Assembly: GCA_002633005.1 (NCBI GenBank)
Contig: NMRA01000324.1
Coordinates: forward strand, 438,624-502,623
From: Phoronis australis
Lineage: Eukaryota > Animalia > Phoronida
Direction: 5' to 3'
DNA length: 64,000 nucleotides
Made by a program: the position numbers and the translations under genes. The notes below the pieces were generated by a model. The model was not told the origin of the DNA, ran no database searches, and saw nothing but the letters and a program-made list of their open reading frames with translations. Every line of letters starts with the position of its first letter. The stretch's first letter is position 1. Below, piece after piece: positions 12,101 through 25,400 of this stretch.

Positions 12101-14779
12101 ATAAGTTGCATATAATTGTAATATTTACAGGCAAATTTTTCAAGTGGAAATGAGGGGGACCAACCATCATTCTGGCTGCCCACACCTTTGGCAAAGATCC
12201 ATAAGTCGAATCAGTTTCTCACTGCTGCATCTGATGGAAGAGTCAACCCTGTTAGGACCCAACTTCTAACTGACATCAATGAATTTGCTGAAAGGTCCTA
12301 GCGATATTACAAAAAAGCCAGCAAAGCATTATCTGTAACCCATGAATATATTGCTCCTGGTCATAGTGATCTTCTGAAAATTGTCTCTCAACTCAGCAGA
12401 TTAAATATTTTCCCGTTTAGCAGTTCTCAATCATTCTGGGAAACTCGCGCTGTTTGATGCCTTTGCAATGAAAAGAATCTCTGAGGTAGACCTTCGATTG
12501 AAACTGAGACAAAAGATTGTTGAGTCGATGGAATTGCCGCAGTAGCACATGTTTCATGTATACAAGACTCAGAGACATTTGAAATACAATATGTCAAAAG
12601 TAGTCAGACAAAATGCTATTTCCATTTTGTGACGTGTTATCTGTGCTGACTAAAGATGTCTCATTGTACACCTAATTTGCCTGCATTTTGAAAATGTGAC
12701 CCTATTTCTTCTTTTCTTTTACTTGATTTATGGCGTGATATTTGCATGTGTCCTGTATCAGCCTCAATATAGTATTACTATTCTCTAAACTACTTTGGTT
12801 TTTGTTTAATGTTTGGCTATCTTATCGTTTTGCTAAATAAGTACAGTATAACCTGCTCTGCTGCATCTCTATGTCTAACATAGTAAACAATAATTTAAAT
12901 CAGGACAGTTTTTAAATATTGCCCAACTTTTTTCCAAAATGTCTTTGCAGGATTACCCAAAGTTCACCTTAATGCAGTCGGAAAGTTAACTTTGCGTATT
13001 TTATTTTCGTTTTGCTGCAGATGCATTGTCTTATGATTTTTCAATGAAGTAGCTGACACTACATGTATTAGTCTCGAGAATTCTGAATTCTTGGAGTCTG
13101 ACTGATGGTAAGCATCAAATACCTTTGCATACCCATACTAAACTCTGGCGGATTCAGGATTTTGAGTTGGAGGGGGCAGGGCACTGAATTTCACCACATC
13201 CGCGCACCCACCCTAAAATGTAGGGATTCAGGGGTCTCGAATTTTTGGGTTTGTGGACCTTAATACTAAAAAAATACAGTAAAAGGGTTTTGTTCAAAGC
13301 CAATGCATTGTGCATTCGCCCCCGGAGCCCCCTGGGTGCGCGAATATGCTAGTCAGCAATTCGCAACCTAAACTGACAAATGGTATCTGGGAGCAATTTT
13401 AGGGGCGCATGGCCCCCTTGGCCCCCTCCTGGAATCCGCCATTGAAACTGTGACAGATGCAAAAAAAATCTGATAACTGATTTTTCTGCTATCTTGCGTG
13501 TGAAATACTCGTTTCCTGTGTGTTTTACGAAAATGTCTGCGAACCTTCCGCAAACCCATCATTCTATGCGTTGTCGGTGAAAACTAAAACACATTGGTAT
13601 CCATAGTGCGAGATTATTCAGACATCCATATGCACATCTGGGCGTGTGCTGTTCGGGGACTTTCCTGAATGAAAAGCGTAAGAAAAGTTATTCAAAAACG
13701 CCAATTTCACCGGTAGTCGACTATCCTTATAAGATCAGTTTTTCTAACCTCATTTCACAGCATCTATTCCTACCATTTCAATATATCTCTTTTTATGACT
13801 AAGTACTTTGCTGTCCGATTTGTTCGGGTTTAGTGATATACATGTACACTGTATGGATAGGCAGTTGTCTCCCTCCGGCCCAATACAGCTATTATTGTTT
13901 TTTTATAAAATTCGTTCAAAAACTAAATTTCAATCAGACCCACACATTAACAATTCAGATTCGAGTTCGCAGTTATGTATAACTGGACTTACTTTATAGA
14001 TTTTTTACTTAACCATATTGCATTTTGAAACGGTGACTAAATACACATGCTATTGGCAGCGTTATCGTCAGGGTCAAAGGAAACCAACGTGCCTTGTTGT
14101 GCTTCTCATTATTTTCTGTAAAGTAATAAAATTAAAGCTCTCTTGATATGTTTGATCGCCTATTTTAAGATTTCAAAACTGTATTTTGAATCCTCGCATA
14201 TACTTGTTACTATGCAGACATTGGACAGTTGCAATTTCGGTGAGGTGCCCTACTTCTAAAGACCGATGCGGTATGAAGAAGGGTAATTGCCTAGACTTTC
14301 TTTGGTTTTATTTTGTAGAGCAAAGATCAATCTAAACACTCGTTGTAGTTTTGTTGTTTTAAATTTGGCTTCAGCTGAGATATTGAGGCAGGAATTAGGA
14401 ATTTTCAACATTTTGGAATCACCGCAAACTACCTAAACTAGTAGCCTTCAAAAACGGTCTAAGATGTAACTGAAACCGTGACATTTTCTGTGACTGGCAA
14501 GTTGAAAGGCACCCCAATTCAGTGATAAACTTGAAGTGTTTCATTTTGCACTATTGTTCTCAAGGTAAGTTCGCAAAAAGAGCCAAAATGTAGCTGTAAC
14601 GAGGCTTGGAATTGGCAGAAAAACAACACGTTCCCATAGCAACCACAAGGTGGCGCACACAACAAAATTAATGTTGGTATGAAGGTTGGGGTATCAACCC
14701 CTACCATCATGCAAACAATCGAGGAAATCCGTGACATAGCCTTTATCACTTTTTGCCTGGTCCATTCGTGGACGTGCTC
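9132..14779 (+). mobile_element. Sola3-like (alternatively Kolobok-like) DNA transposon, decayed; GAG...CTC termini with TTAA TSD
   Basis: TTAA at 9128-9131 and 14780-14783. Imperfect TIRs GAGTGCAGTACACTTCAGACCAGGCAAAAA / GAGCACGTCCACGAATGGACCAGGCAAAAA. Excision restores the Gypsy frame GRLKTSGTFLASV. Possible transposase remnant at about 12208-12385 (NQFLTAASDGRVNPVRTQLL...ERS*RYYKKAS...EYIAPGHS). Confidence 0.75.
13144..13443. mobile_element. Short hAT-like MITE
   Basis: Imperfect TIRs (C)TGGCGGATTCAGGA ... TCCTGGAATCCGCCATTG with G/C-run subtermini. TSD not clear. Confidence 0.55.
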
Positions 14780-17369
14780 TTAAGTCTACCGCTAGGTGTA
14801 AACAAGGCAGTTTTTGTCTGACCTAAAGCGGGTCGGGGTGTGAGTGGGTCATAGACGGATTCTGGCATGATCAAAATATCGGCTCCGATATCGATCTTGA
14901 ACTCGACTTACTTGCCGTGGATTGTCTGATTCACTGTCCAATTGTCAGACGTGTCCTCGTTGTCATCGACAACTGTACAACCACCAAGGAAGTATGCGTT
15001 TGACTCACTTTCTTTACCGTTTCCAATGAATGTTTCTTTAATTGCCTCTGACCTGCACTGCTACTTAAATATGTCCTTTTCGGTGACTTCTGCTGCATAG
15101 CTGATCAGTCGTAGGTCATGTTTCACCGGGTTTGTGTTTACCGTAGCCGCATTGACCACAATTCTGTTGCGTGTCGTTGTTGCGTTTAGGCGTGCCGCTG
15201 TCACGCTTAGGCCTTCTTTTGCCTCTACCACGCAGAACGTGATGCTGACCTCGTCTACGATCTCTGATTGCACCTATGGTCTTATCTGAACCAGTTGCGA
15301 GTGATAACTGCAGCATCTGGGAATTGACATGCTCGGCCTGTCTAGCAGACAAGATAGCTTGTTCGAATGTAAGCCCTGATTTCAGATGTAACTCTTTTGA
15401 CACATCTCGATCGCGTATACCTATGACAAGCTGGTCTCGTATCATCTCGTCCCTGTCTTGGACGTCGCAGTTGTCGTCCTGTTCATACATCACTCGTAAA
15501 AATGACCCAACATTTTCAACAGTATGTTGGACTCTCTGGTTGAATATGACTCGTTCGTGTATATTATTTCTTTTTGGGATGAAGTGGGCATCAAATTTTT
15601 CTATGACACTGTCAAATTTCTTTACATAGGGATCACTCGGGCCAAACGTTTCAAAGATATTTTCAGAACCGTTGCCCATGCTTTAAATAAGCGTGGCTAC
15701 TTTGACTTCCCCGTCGTCGTTGTTCAGTTTGGACGCGAGTCGATATCGCATGAAACACTTACGCGACTCAGGCCACAGCAAGGGTTCGTCATCAGGGAAA
15801 TCGTCTGGGGGACTAATTTTTGCAATTGTGACTTCTACTCACCCACTGTTTATCAGTTTGACACACACAATTTGCACATTTTTCGCCTCAAATTTTGTCA
15901 CGCCGTTACCCCCATGTTTCGATGCTGAGCGCCGTCTGCAGGTATATTTAAAAACAAAATACTGAAGAAAATGTCATACAACTACGGAACAATCCCAGTG
16001 CAGTTGGCTCCAACAGGCTACTGCTGGGTAAATGTATCTCAGCTTTGAGGGTTAGGCATGTCTGGCAGGGTCAACCAACCACTCTGTTTTTCTGCCAGTG
16101 TTAATTTCTGATGCATGGGGGTTACGAAGAATATTTTACTACCGATTTTATGCAGTTACATCTTGGGTTGACTTATCTCAATTTTGGGACCTCATAATTT
16201 ATACCCCACCACTGAAAGTGTCTTCCACAAAACTGTTCCGCGGCGTTGAGATTTGATGGATGTTATACATGTACACTTGGTTTCAACAGGTTACTTGATG
16301 GGTTGAGCAAGCTCGGGCCTGTCTGGCGAAGGTTATCCACCAATGGATTTGGTTGCAGTATACATTCGTGATATCTTGGTTTATGATGGTTAATTTTTAG
16401 CCAATTTCATGCGGTTATCTCTTGGATAGATATAGCTAAATGCTGTGGCCAAATTATTCTTTTTTCTGGCCCAGGTAACCCACCACTGAAATTGTCCGGT
16501 CCTAGGTAGTATTGATACAGTAAATTTAATAGTAGCTGTCGCATGTCATTTGAAAAAAGATGGATACAAAAATATTTTTATTAACAGCTTTGGGCACTTT
16601 TAATAACCTAATACTCAACTTTTGATGTATAGTGTAGCAAAACTAAAGTTAGTTTGGAAACCCAAAGTTGTGTTCTTTGATTATATTTGATCAATCTTTA
16701 AGTTATATGGCTTGACCGCTCACCAGCTCAGTGATTGACAAGTGGGGCGGAGCTTGTACAATGACACGTGCTCTAAACAAGTCCTGTCAACAAATATTGC
16801 ATAACCCGGAAATCGAGAGTTCTGTACATGCTTACCAGACAACGAATCGATCTATAATAATTTTTATATAAGATAATGTGGACGTTATAGGTGAAATGGA
16901 GAATTCCTCTTCGAGCCCGTGGCTGCTTGTTCGTTTGCAAAAATGCAAGTTGAATACGATAAGAAGTACCAAAATCCTCCTTGGACACGCAAAAAATCTA
17001 TTCCAATCCTTAACAAATCTGGATGTGCTCTCAACTTGAGGAGTAGGTTCCGAAATCGAGCGTGTGAAACAGATGTCGGAAACCTGAGGTTTTCTTGCGA
17101 GAGGAAAGTGATGGTCGCCGTACGAGGTGTAGCAGGATGCGATGGGGGTGCACACGCAGTCAAGATCAACCATGCGCGCGAGGCGCGGACTACTACGTAG
17201 AATCACGTTGGTAAGTGTTTCGAGAGAAACCGTGCTTCTGTACTGGGATTGAGTGCCGTTGGTGGTGGGAATAACGAGGATGCCAAACTCAGAGGCATTT
17301 TGAATATTTCTCCGGCCAGTCTATGTACCTTAAACAATTAGAGAAATAACTGGGTGTTCAACATATCCA

Positions 17370-18833
17370 AACTAGAAAGATTATTGTCACGGCATGACAA
17401 TAACGGAGTATGAGCGTGCGTATTATTGGAATTAATATGGGAAGTTACTGACAGCAAACCGTTCACCAATATAAAAAGGAATTTTTTAAAATTGTAGGAG
17501 AAATTACATATTATTTTTTTGATAACCTTTCCACTAATTGAGCCCCGATGAGGGAGTTATTGTTAACTCGATCAAAAGTGTGGTTAATGCTACAAATCAC
17601 ATATGTTTTACTTTAAGCACTTCAGAATACAAGGTAAATGAATTGGTCTAACTTTCAGAAGAAAAATGCACCTAATGACCCCATGGGTGCACCAAATGAC
17701 CTGAAAATTTAGAATTCAAACTCAATCGCATATATGTAATTTTAAAGTATCTAGCTCAAAATTTTAGCTTGCACTCAATGACCTTTGACCTATTTTTTCT
17801 GATTGGTTAGGCCTATTTCGAAGTAAAGTAGGATATTCAATTGGCATGTTGACTTACAACAGTGTTCTGAAATTGAAAAGAATTCTTTGAAAAACGTAAG
17901 AGATATAACATTTTGAACGTTACATGACCTTTGCACTAATTCACCCTATCCGGTGCATTATAAGCGTATCGAGGAGAATCATTGCAAAGTCCATGAAATT
18001 GTGTTTAATGCTGAGAATCACAGTTTTCTAACAGTCGACACATCAGAATACTTCATGAATGAAAAGATCAAATTTTGAGAAGAAAAATGTACCTAATGAC
18101 CTCATGTTTGCACTAAATGACCTGAATCTTTGGATTCTAAATTGAATTACCTCTGCCAATCAGACATGTGAATTTGAAGAGTCTAGCTCAAAATTTTAGT
18201 TTGCACTCAATGACCTTTGACCTATTTTTCTGATTGGTTAGGCATATTGTGAAGTAAAGTAGGGTATTCAATTGGCATGTTGACTTACACCAGTGTTCTG
18301 AAATTGAAAAGAATTCCTTGAAAAATGTAAGAGTTATAACATTTTCAAAGGTTATATGACCTTTGTACTAATTCACCATATCCGGCACATTATAAGAAAA
18401 AAGCACCTAATGACCCAATGTTTGCACTAAGTGACCTGAAACTTTGGATTCCAAATTGAATTTCCTGTGTCAAGCAGACCTGTGAATTTGAAGTGTCTAG
18501 CTCAAAATTTTAGTTTGCACCTAATGACCTTTGACCTGTTAAAGCTAATTGGATGGCCCGATTACTTAGAAAAGTGATTTTTGAAATTGCCTTATTGACA
18601 TATACCAGTGTACCGACTTTGAAAAGAATAACTTTGAAAATGAAGAAAGAGTAACATTTTGAAAATTGCATGACCTTTGCACCAAATTGCCTGTTGCGGT
18701 GCATTATCGAATATGATTATATAACGAGTAAAAATTTATGTACCGTCAAAAGTCATATGCTGCATTTAAAGACTGTACCTGAACCCAATTTGGAGTTATT
18801 AAGCCTCAAATTGGTCGGAAGAAGAATAAGAAG
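17370..18833. mobile_element. Helentron-associated (HINE/DINE-like) repeat, copy A, with internal ~425 bp tandem units
   Basis: Starts AACTAGAAAG followed by hairpin ATTATTGTCACGGCATGACAATAA. Recurring TGACCTTTGACCT motifs. Ends in an (AAGAAT)n microsatellite. Confidence 0.7.
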
Positions 18834-20505
18834 AACTAGAAAGATTATTGTCAGGGCGTGACAATAATGGACTCTGCGAGTGGGTATTAAAGGTACTGTT
18901 ATCGGAAGTTACTAACAGCAACCCGTTTACCAATACGAAAAAGAATTCTTTAAATTGTAGGAGAAATTGCATGTTAATATTTTGATGTCATTTCCACTAA
19001 TTGACCTCTTTCGGTTCATTATGAGGGAATAATTGTAAACTCTATTAGAATATGGTTAATGCTAAGAATCACAGATGTTTTACTTGAAGCACTTCAGAAT
19101 ATAAGATGAATGAATTGGTCAAACTTTCATATGAAAAACGTATCTAATGACCACATGGGTGCACCAAGTGATTGATAATTTAGAATTCAAACTCAATGGC
19201 ATTTACTAAACAGATATGTAATTTTGAAGTCTCTAGCTTAAAATTTTAGTTTGTACTCAATGACCTTTGACCTTTTTCTGATTGGTTAGGCCTATTGCGT
19301 AGTAAAGTAGGGTGTTCAATTGGCATTCTGACTTACGCCAGTGTGCTGAACTTGAAAGAATTCCTTTAAGAATGTAGGGGATTTGTCATTTTAAACGTTA
19401 AATGACCTTTGCACTAATTGACCCTTTCCGGTGCTTTAGGATCGTCTTTAGGAGAATTATTGCAAAGCCGTGAAAAGTGTGTTTAATGCTGAGTATCAAT
19501 GCTGTCTAACGGTTCACACATCGGAATACTTGGTGATTTAAAAGGACAAATTGTCAAAAGACAAATGCACCTAGTGACTCCATGGTTACACTAAATGACC
19601 TGAAACTTTGTATTTCGATTTGTATTAGACGTGACAATCAGACTTGTGAATTTGAAGTGTTTAGCTTAAAATTTTAGTTTGCACTCAATGACCTTTGACC
19701 TTTTTTTCTGATTGGTTAGGCCTATTGCGTAGTAAAATAGGGTGTTCAATTGGCATTCTGATTTACACCAGTGTGCTGAACTTGAAAGAATTGCTTTGAA
19801 AATGTACGGGATTTGTCATTTTAAACGTTAGATGACCTTTGCACTAATTGACCCTTCCCGGTGCTTTATGATCGTCTTTAGGAGAATTATTGCAAAGCCG
19901 TGAAAAGTGTTTTAATGCTGAAAATCACAGCTGTCTAACGGTTCACACATCGGAATACTTGGTGAATGAAAATGACAAAGAAGAAAAAATACACCTAATG
20001 ACCCCATCGTTGCACAAAATGACCTGAAACTTTGTATTTCGAATTGAATTGGACGTAACAATCAGACCTGTGATATTGAAGTGTCTACCTCAAATTTTTA
20101 TTTTGCACCTAATGACCTTTGACCTATTTCACCTGATTGGATGACCCGATTACTTAGACAAATATTTTTTAAATTGCCTTATTGACTTATACCTGTGTAC
20201 CGAATTTAAAAAGAATAGATTTTGAAATAAGGAAGGAGTAGCATTTTGAAATTTACATAACCTTTGTACCAAATGACCTTTTCCTGTGCATTATTGAATA
20301 TGAATACATAACGACTCAAAATTTATATACTGCCTAAAATCCTATGTTAAATTTGAAGAACATACCCGCAACCGTTTTGGAGTTATTAAGTGTCAAAGTT
20401 GGTCGGAAGAAGAATAAGAAGAATATGAAGAATAAGAATAAGAATAAGAACAAAATTGAAGAAAACCCAGGAACAACAGTACTATGCGCTTACACGCGCA
20501 GAGTT
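18834..20505. mobile_element. Helentron-associated (HINE-like) repeat, copy B, head-to-tail with copy A
   Basis: Same AACTAGAAAG+hairpin start. ~430 bp internal units starting near 19050, 19480 and 19910. (AAGAAT)n at 20407-20450 and terminal hairpin ACTATGCGC-TTACAC-GCGCAGAGT. Confidence 0.7.
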
Positions 20506-22429
20506 ATTTATCTAATACATCCTTTGAACGTAGTCGTGAATGAAAACTCGTGATACTACTTCACGACTAGAAAGCAAGTTAAGAAACTTTGGAAACTTTT
20601 TGAGAATCTCACCAATATTGCACTTGGCAGATTCAATGTGAAGGGGTAATGCCAAAGAGCTCTATGCGCTACTACACTGACTAGAGAATCTTAATGAACC
20701 ACAAAACATTCTGAGATGCATGGCTGGTTGGCAATTCGTGTAATGCATTACCCATGTTACAGCAGACGATAGATCAACGCTAAGCACCACCCAGTTGTTA
20801 GTCTTGTTGTGATTCACGATATCACAAAATCAATCAAATTACGCTGCATACAAACAGGTTTGCCATATGTTGAAACATGAAGTAAATATCATCTTAATTT
20901 CTATTATATCAACAAAATTTGGAACATCACGACCTCGCACTCTGAACGAATGTTGACCCCAAGTGGCAAGCGATACGCGCTTGGGTTTAAAACCGGTTTT
21001 CTTGGCTCGCAATTTCACGGTTGTGACAAGAGTTTCGGTCGTTTATTTTTTAGCAAACGCGTTCGTCTATTTTCACGAATTATGCAAATTTAAAATTCAC
21101 CGTTACAGAAGTAAAATCGTGGGCAAGAACTTTTTGACACAGAAACTAAAATTTTACTGATTTGAGAGAAATTGACTATTTGACCGAAGGAGGAGTGGTT
21201 GCCACAACTCACATGCAAAAATACCACGAAATCGAAACCATCATGATTTTATGCTGGGCAACTAGAAGACTACCCTAGGAAACGATTGATAATCATGTCA
21301 GTTGATTTGAAAGAAAATGGAAACAATTTTTTTAACTAAAAAAAATGTTAAATAACAAATACAAACTTTTTCTCACTTTTAGAGTCAAGTCTAACTAGTT
21401 GTAAACTTTTTGACTTGTTTTAGACTGGAACATGCAGATTTAATCTGTGTATACACCTCCCTTAACTGGCTACCAGAAATATTGATCTAACTCAATGTTT
21501 AGTGTCATTCTCATGGCCCTCCTGACCGCACGCACCAGAGCAAACCAGTAAAATGACCATTTCCTAGAAATGGGGTATCCATGGATTGCAGTGGTGTCAA
21601 AAGAAATTGATTACCTTTTTGTTGCGTACTTAGTCACACAATAACAGGATGTTTGTAGGTTGTTATTGTTCATGAGTTCAGTTGTTTAATTGGTATTATG
21701 TCATGCGATTCCTAGTATAGGAAGTGTGTCATAGGTAACCCATCATATGTTGTTATGTAGTTGTGTGTATATATCGTGCTGTGATATGTAGAATAAATCA
21801 GTTCAGTGTTCAGTTCAATTTTGTTCGTTTCACTGCGTAGTTCATGGAGTGTCTGCTTTATTTGACAAAGTAAGATACACAACACTTATCATGCCCAAAA
21901 ACGTCTGGGAGCCTGTGGCGGGTTGCACGAAACAGTCCCAAATAGGCACTCAACTGAGGTCCCTAGGTGTTTTTTTGCGTATTTGTTGCTTTATGAACAA
22001 CTTTATGATGAGCTTCTCTTTTATTAATGACGTTTTCTAATAATATAACTTAAACACTTAGCCTAGAGTTCATTAGGATCAAATATGGACTCAGTCCTTA
22101 ATTTGGGTGTGTTGCTTGAAAACACCCCTAATTGTTTTCGATAATATTGACAATTCAACGTAAAGTTCACTGTCGATTTGTATCAAAGTCAAAAGTTGAT
22201 TTAGCAATAAAACTAAAACTAAAACAATAAAGAAAAGGCAATCGATGTTTTTTCGATTTCAAAAATACGCAGAAGAGTTAGGGAACTCAGCGTACTCCAT
22301 ATTTGGGAGCATTTCATGCATCGGGGCATTAGTCTGAGAAAGGGTTGCCAGACCCGAGGTTGCACAGGGTTGCTCGAGAGGGTTTCAGGCAGGTAAAGCA
22401 TACATTTTCTTCCAACCTAAACTATTTCC

Positions 22430-25400
22430 TAGCTCTAATTTCCTATTTACACTCTGACTTAGGTTTCTTAACGTAATTAAAGACTGAACAAATATGTCTA
22501 CAGTCCTTCAAATCTTTCCGTAAGTGAGTAATTGCTAAAGGCGTGCACGGAGAGTAGTCATTAACACTTTTAAATTTACTTTGAAATAGACTTTTTTGAA
22601 ACCTTCTTAGAACAGAAACAGCACCATTATATTCTACAAAGCTGGTTTTCTCATCGAACCTTTCATATTGTTTAGACTAGCAAAATCACCATCATCAAAA
22701 ACTCCTGTGCCTCCGATCGCCAAGTTACTATTAAACCACAAATGTTGATTCAAAAAGTCCTCTTTACTCGAAACAATTATTTTATTGTAGAAAGATAACA
22801 TACTTCCAAATACGTCGCGCCAGTAGGAATTACCAATTAGAATGAACTTCGATTTAATAAAGTCATCTCCAAATGAAGCAAAGTTCTTTAAGAACGGGAA
22901 AAGTGTGTACAGTTATTCACCACTTTTAAACGCACCGCTTTCAAGATATCTACGGGCCATAGCCAGTTTTAAAGCTTTGTTGAAAGTATGGATATTAACC
23001 ATTTGAATTCCCCCTTGATCAAGTCCTAAACAGGCAGTAGTTCGTTTAATTTTATCATTACGGACCTACCATACAAATCTAAAAATGTCGTATTATTCAA
23101 TTCACTCAAGACTTTCACTGGTGAATTTGGTAAACTTGACGACAAAAAATTTCGTCGACTCCAACTTTTTAGTAAATACTTGATCTCAGTTATTCTTGCA
23201 GTGAAGTTCTTTTGCGTCATACTATCCAATTGAGTGTCAAAATCCACCCCCAAAAACCTAAATATTTTTTTGTCCAAGACAGACTTTCTTTTGTAGAAAT
23301 CACGTCATCCCTACCGGTTTTACTTCCAAACCATATGGCTTTTGTTTAGCCACATTCTCTTGGAGACCGGAGACACCAGCAAACAAATGTAGTACATTCA
23401 GTGTGGTAGAGAATGACAAATTCGACCCATCCAACGTAATCGATGTGTCGTCCGCATATTGCGAAATCAAATATTCCTTATTCCCACCAACTACACCAGC
23501 AATATTTTATTATTCTTGATTAAATAAGCCAAAATCTCCGCGCACAATATAAGAATGTAGGGAGACAAAGGGTCACCTTGTCTGCAGCCACGCGAAATAT
23601 TCAACCAAGAAGATGGGTGACCATTTACGACAACACAGGACTTAATATTACTGTAAAAGACTTTCACCCACCTTCTGATCGACCAACCAAAATTAAGGAA
23701 AGATAGAATTTTTTTAATAAAATTCCACGACAATGAATCAAATGCTTTCTCAAAATCAATCAATAAATGGTTTGTTAGTTGTCTGGGCATAAAACATTAA
23801 ATCATATAGCACTCTGATATTTTCGTTCATATTTCTTCCAGAAACAAAACCTGTCTGGTCCTTACTGATTACTTTTCCCAAAACGGATTTTATCCGTTCA
23901 GCCACTGCCGAAGAAGCCAATTTATATGTCACATTGAGTAAAGATATGGGTCTTCAGTTTTTAAATAATGTTTACTTTTATCTGCTCCATTAGGGGTGCA
24001 GGTGATCAATCCCTTTCTCTGTGTTGAGGATAACTGGCCAAAAGCAAAACCAGTATTAAGTGAGCGAACAACGAAATGTCCAATGTCAGCCCAAAAAAAT
24101 TCAAAAATTCCACTGAAAAACCATCAGAGCCTGGGCTTTTGTTGTTTTTGATTTTTTTTCAATCATTGTATGACTTCTTCATATGTAAGGAGACCTTTTA
24201 ATTTTTCTTTTTCTGTCTCATTAAGCTTGGTGACACAAATATTATCAAGAAGAGTTTTTCAAGAAGTATTGTTAGACTGTCTATATTTGTATAGATTTTC
24301 ATAAAAAGCTTTGGTTTCCTGAATAACCTCTTCTTCATTATTGGTCTTAGTATTGTCAGATTTCCACAAAAAAGGCATGAACTTACTTGTGTAATGCCTA
24401 TTTTCCAAGTGAAGAAAATATTTGGAAGGCTTTTCACCTTCTTTAATCCATCTTGCACTCGACCTCGTCATAAAACCTCTTAACTTGGTTTGCCTTAGCT
24501 CGGCAAGTAAATTATTTTTGTTCCAGTAGTTCCCTGTCAAGGCTTAGACTTTTTTCAAACAAGCTTATTTCTTTGATAAGTTGCTGTTCAACTGTATTGC
24601 TTTTTCTTTTTTAGTAAGTAACAATGGAAATTGTTTTGCCGCGAATCTCCATCAACAACGTCTCTAGAAAAAGTTGTTCATTTCTAGTCAGTTGTAAATC
24701 TGAATTACTGGTACTATCAACTGTCTGAATGTCGTCAGTCATATAGTGTTGTTTAAATAATTTAATAGTATTCTTGACTGCAGCAATATACTCAGAGTTT
24801 TTAGGAGAGAATTATTAAACTTCCAAAATTATTTTCTCCTCCTGGAAACATCACTCTAAAAAAAAAAACCGCTACCATTGAATGATCGGACCGGTAACCG
24901 AATTCTATTATGGAGTCGTCAATATCAGCTAAAAGATTTTCGGAAATTAGAAAAAAAAATCTAATCTGGATCGTTTACTACCAGCTCTCCAAGTATAATC
25001 TTTACTACTGGGGTTTAGTTCGCGCCACACATCAACAATAGACAATTCTGTACAAATGTCCATCGACTTGATCCGTGACTTCGGGTTATTAACCTGTCGA
25101 TAATTAAGCGTGTCCTTAGACTGATCGAGAGCAAACTTAAAATCGCCTGCACATATAACAGAGTTTTATATTCTTTCAAAAAATTACGGCGAGTCGCTAT
25201 TTGGACAATACGTATTAATTGACGTAATTCTTGTCTCATTAATAGTAATATCCAAAATTAATTTATTACCATTTTAGTCTTGCCTAATTTTATGTAATTT
25301 ATACACTTAAAGAGGATCGCCACTCCACGGGAGTTTGAGGTATTTGAATTGTAAAAACGTTCATATCGCCACATAGATCTAATATTGTTTTCTTCTCTCT

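Larger units (their letters stand above)
8433..15830 (-). mobile_element. Decayed Ty3/Gypsy LTR-retrotransposon internal region (gag, protease, partial RT), split by the element at 9132-14779
   Basis: Gag: SPPDDFP..PLLWP..RYRLASKL, FIPKRNNIHERVIFNQRVQ, RDEMIRDQLVIGIRD, CGQCG. Protease region around 14870-14900. RT: PTPWCAPIVPVAKKDGSVCISADLKKL, TLDASSGY, FKRLRFGISFASEIFQ, DDI. Multiple stops. Confidence 0.9.

Noticed and set aside
15850-16000. Possible PBS and 5' LTR of the Gypsy element
   Set aside because: Only a degenerate PBS-like stretch; no second LTR to confirm boundaries.
16891-17210. 320-nt AG...GTAAGT-bounded segment with a Cys pattern vaguely like the WSC C-terminus (CTRSQDQPC)
   Set aside because: Weak acceptor, stops in all frames and no consistent WSC cysteine spacing.
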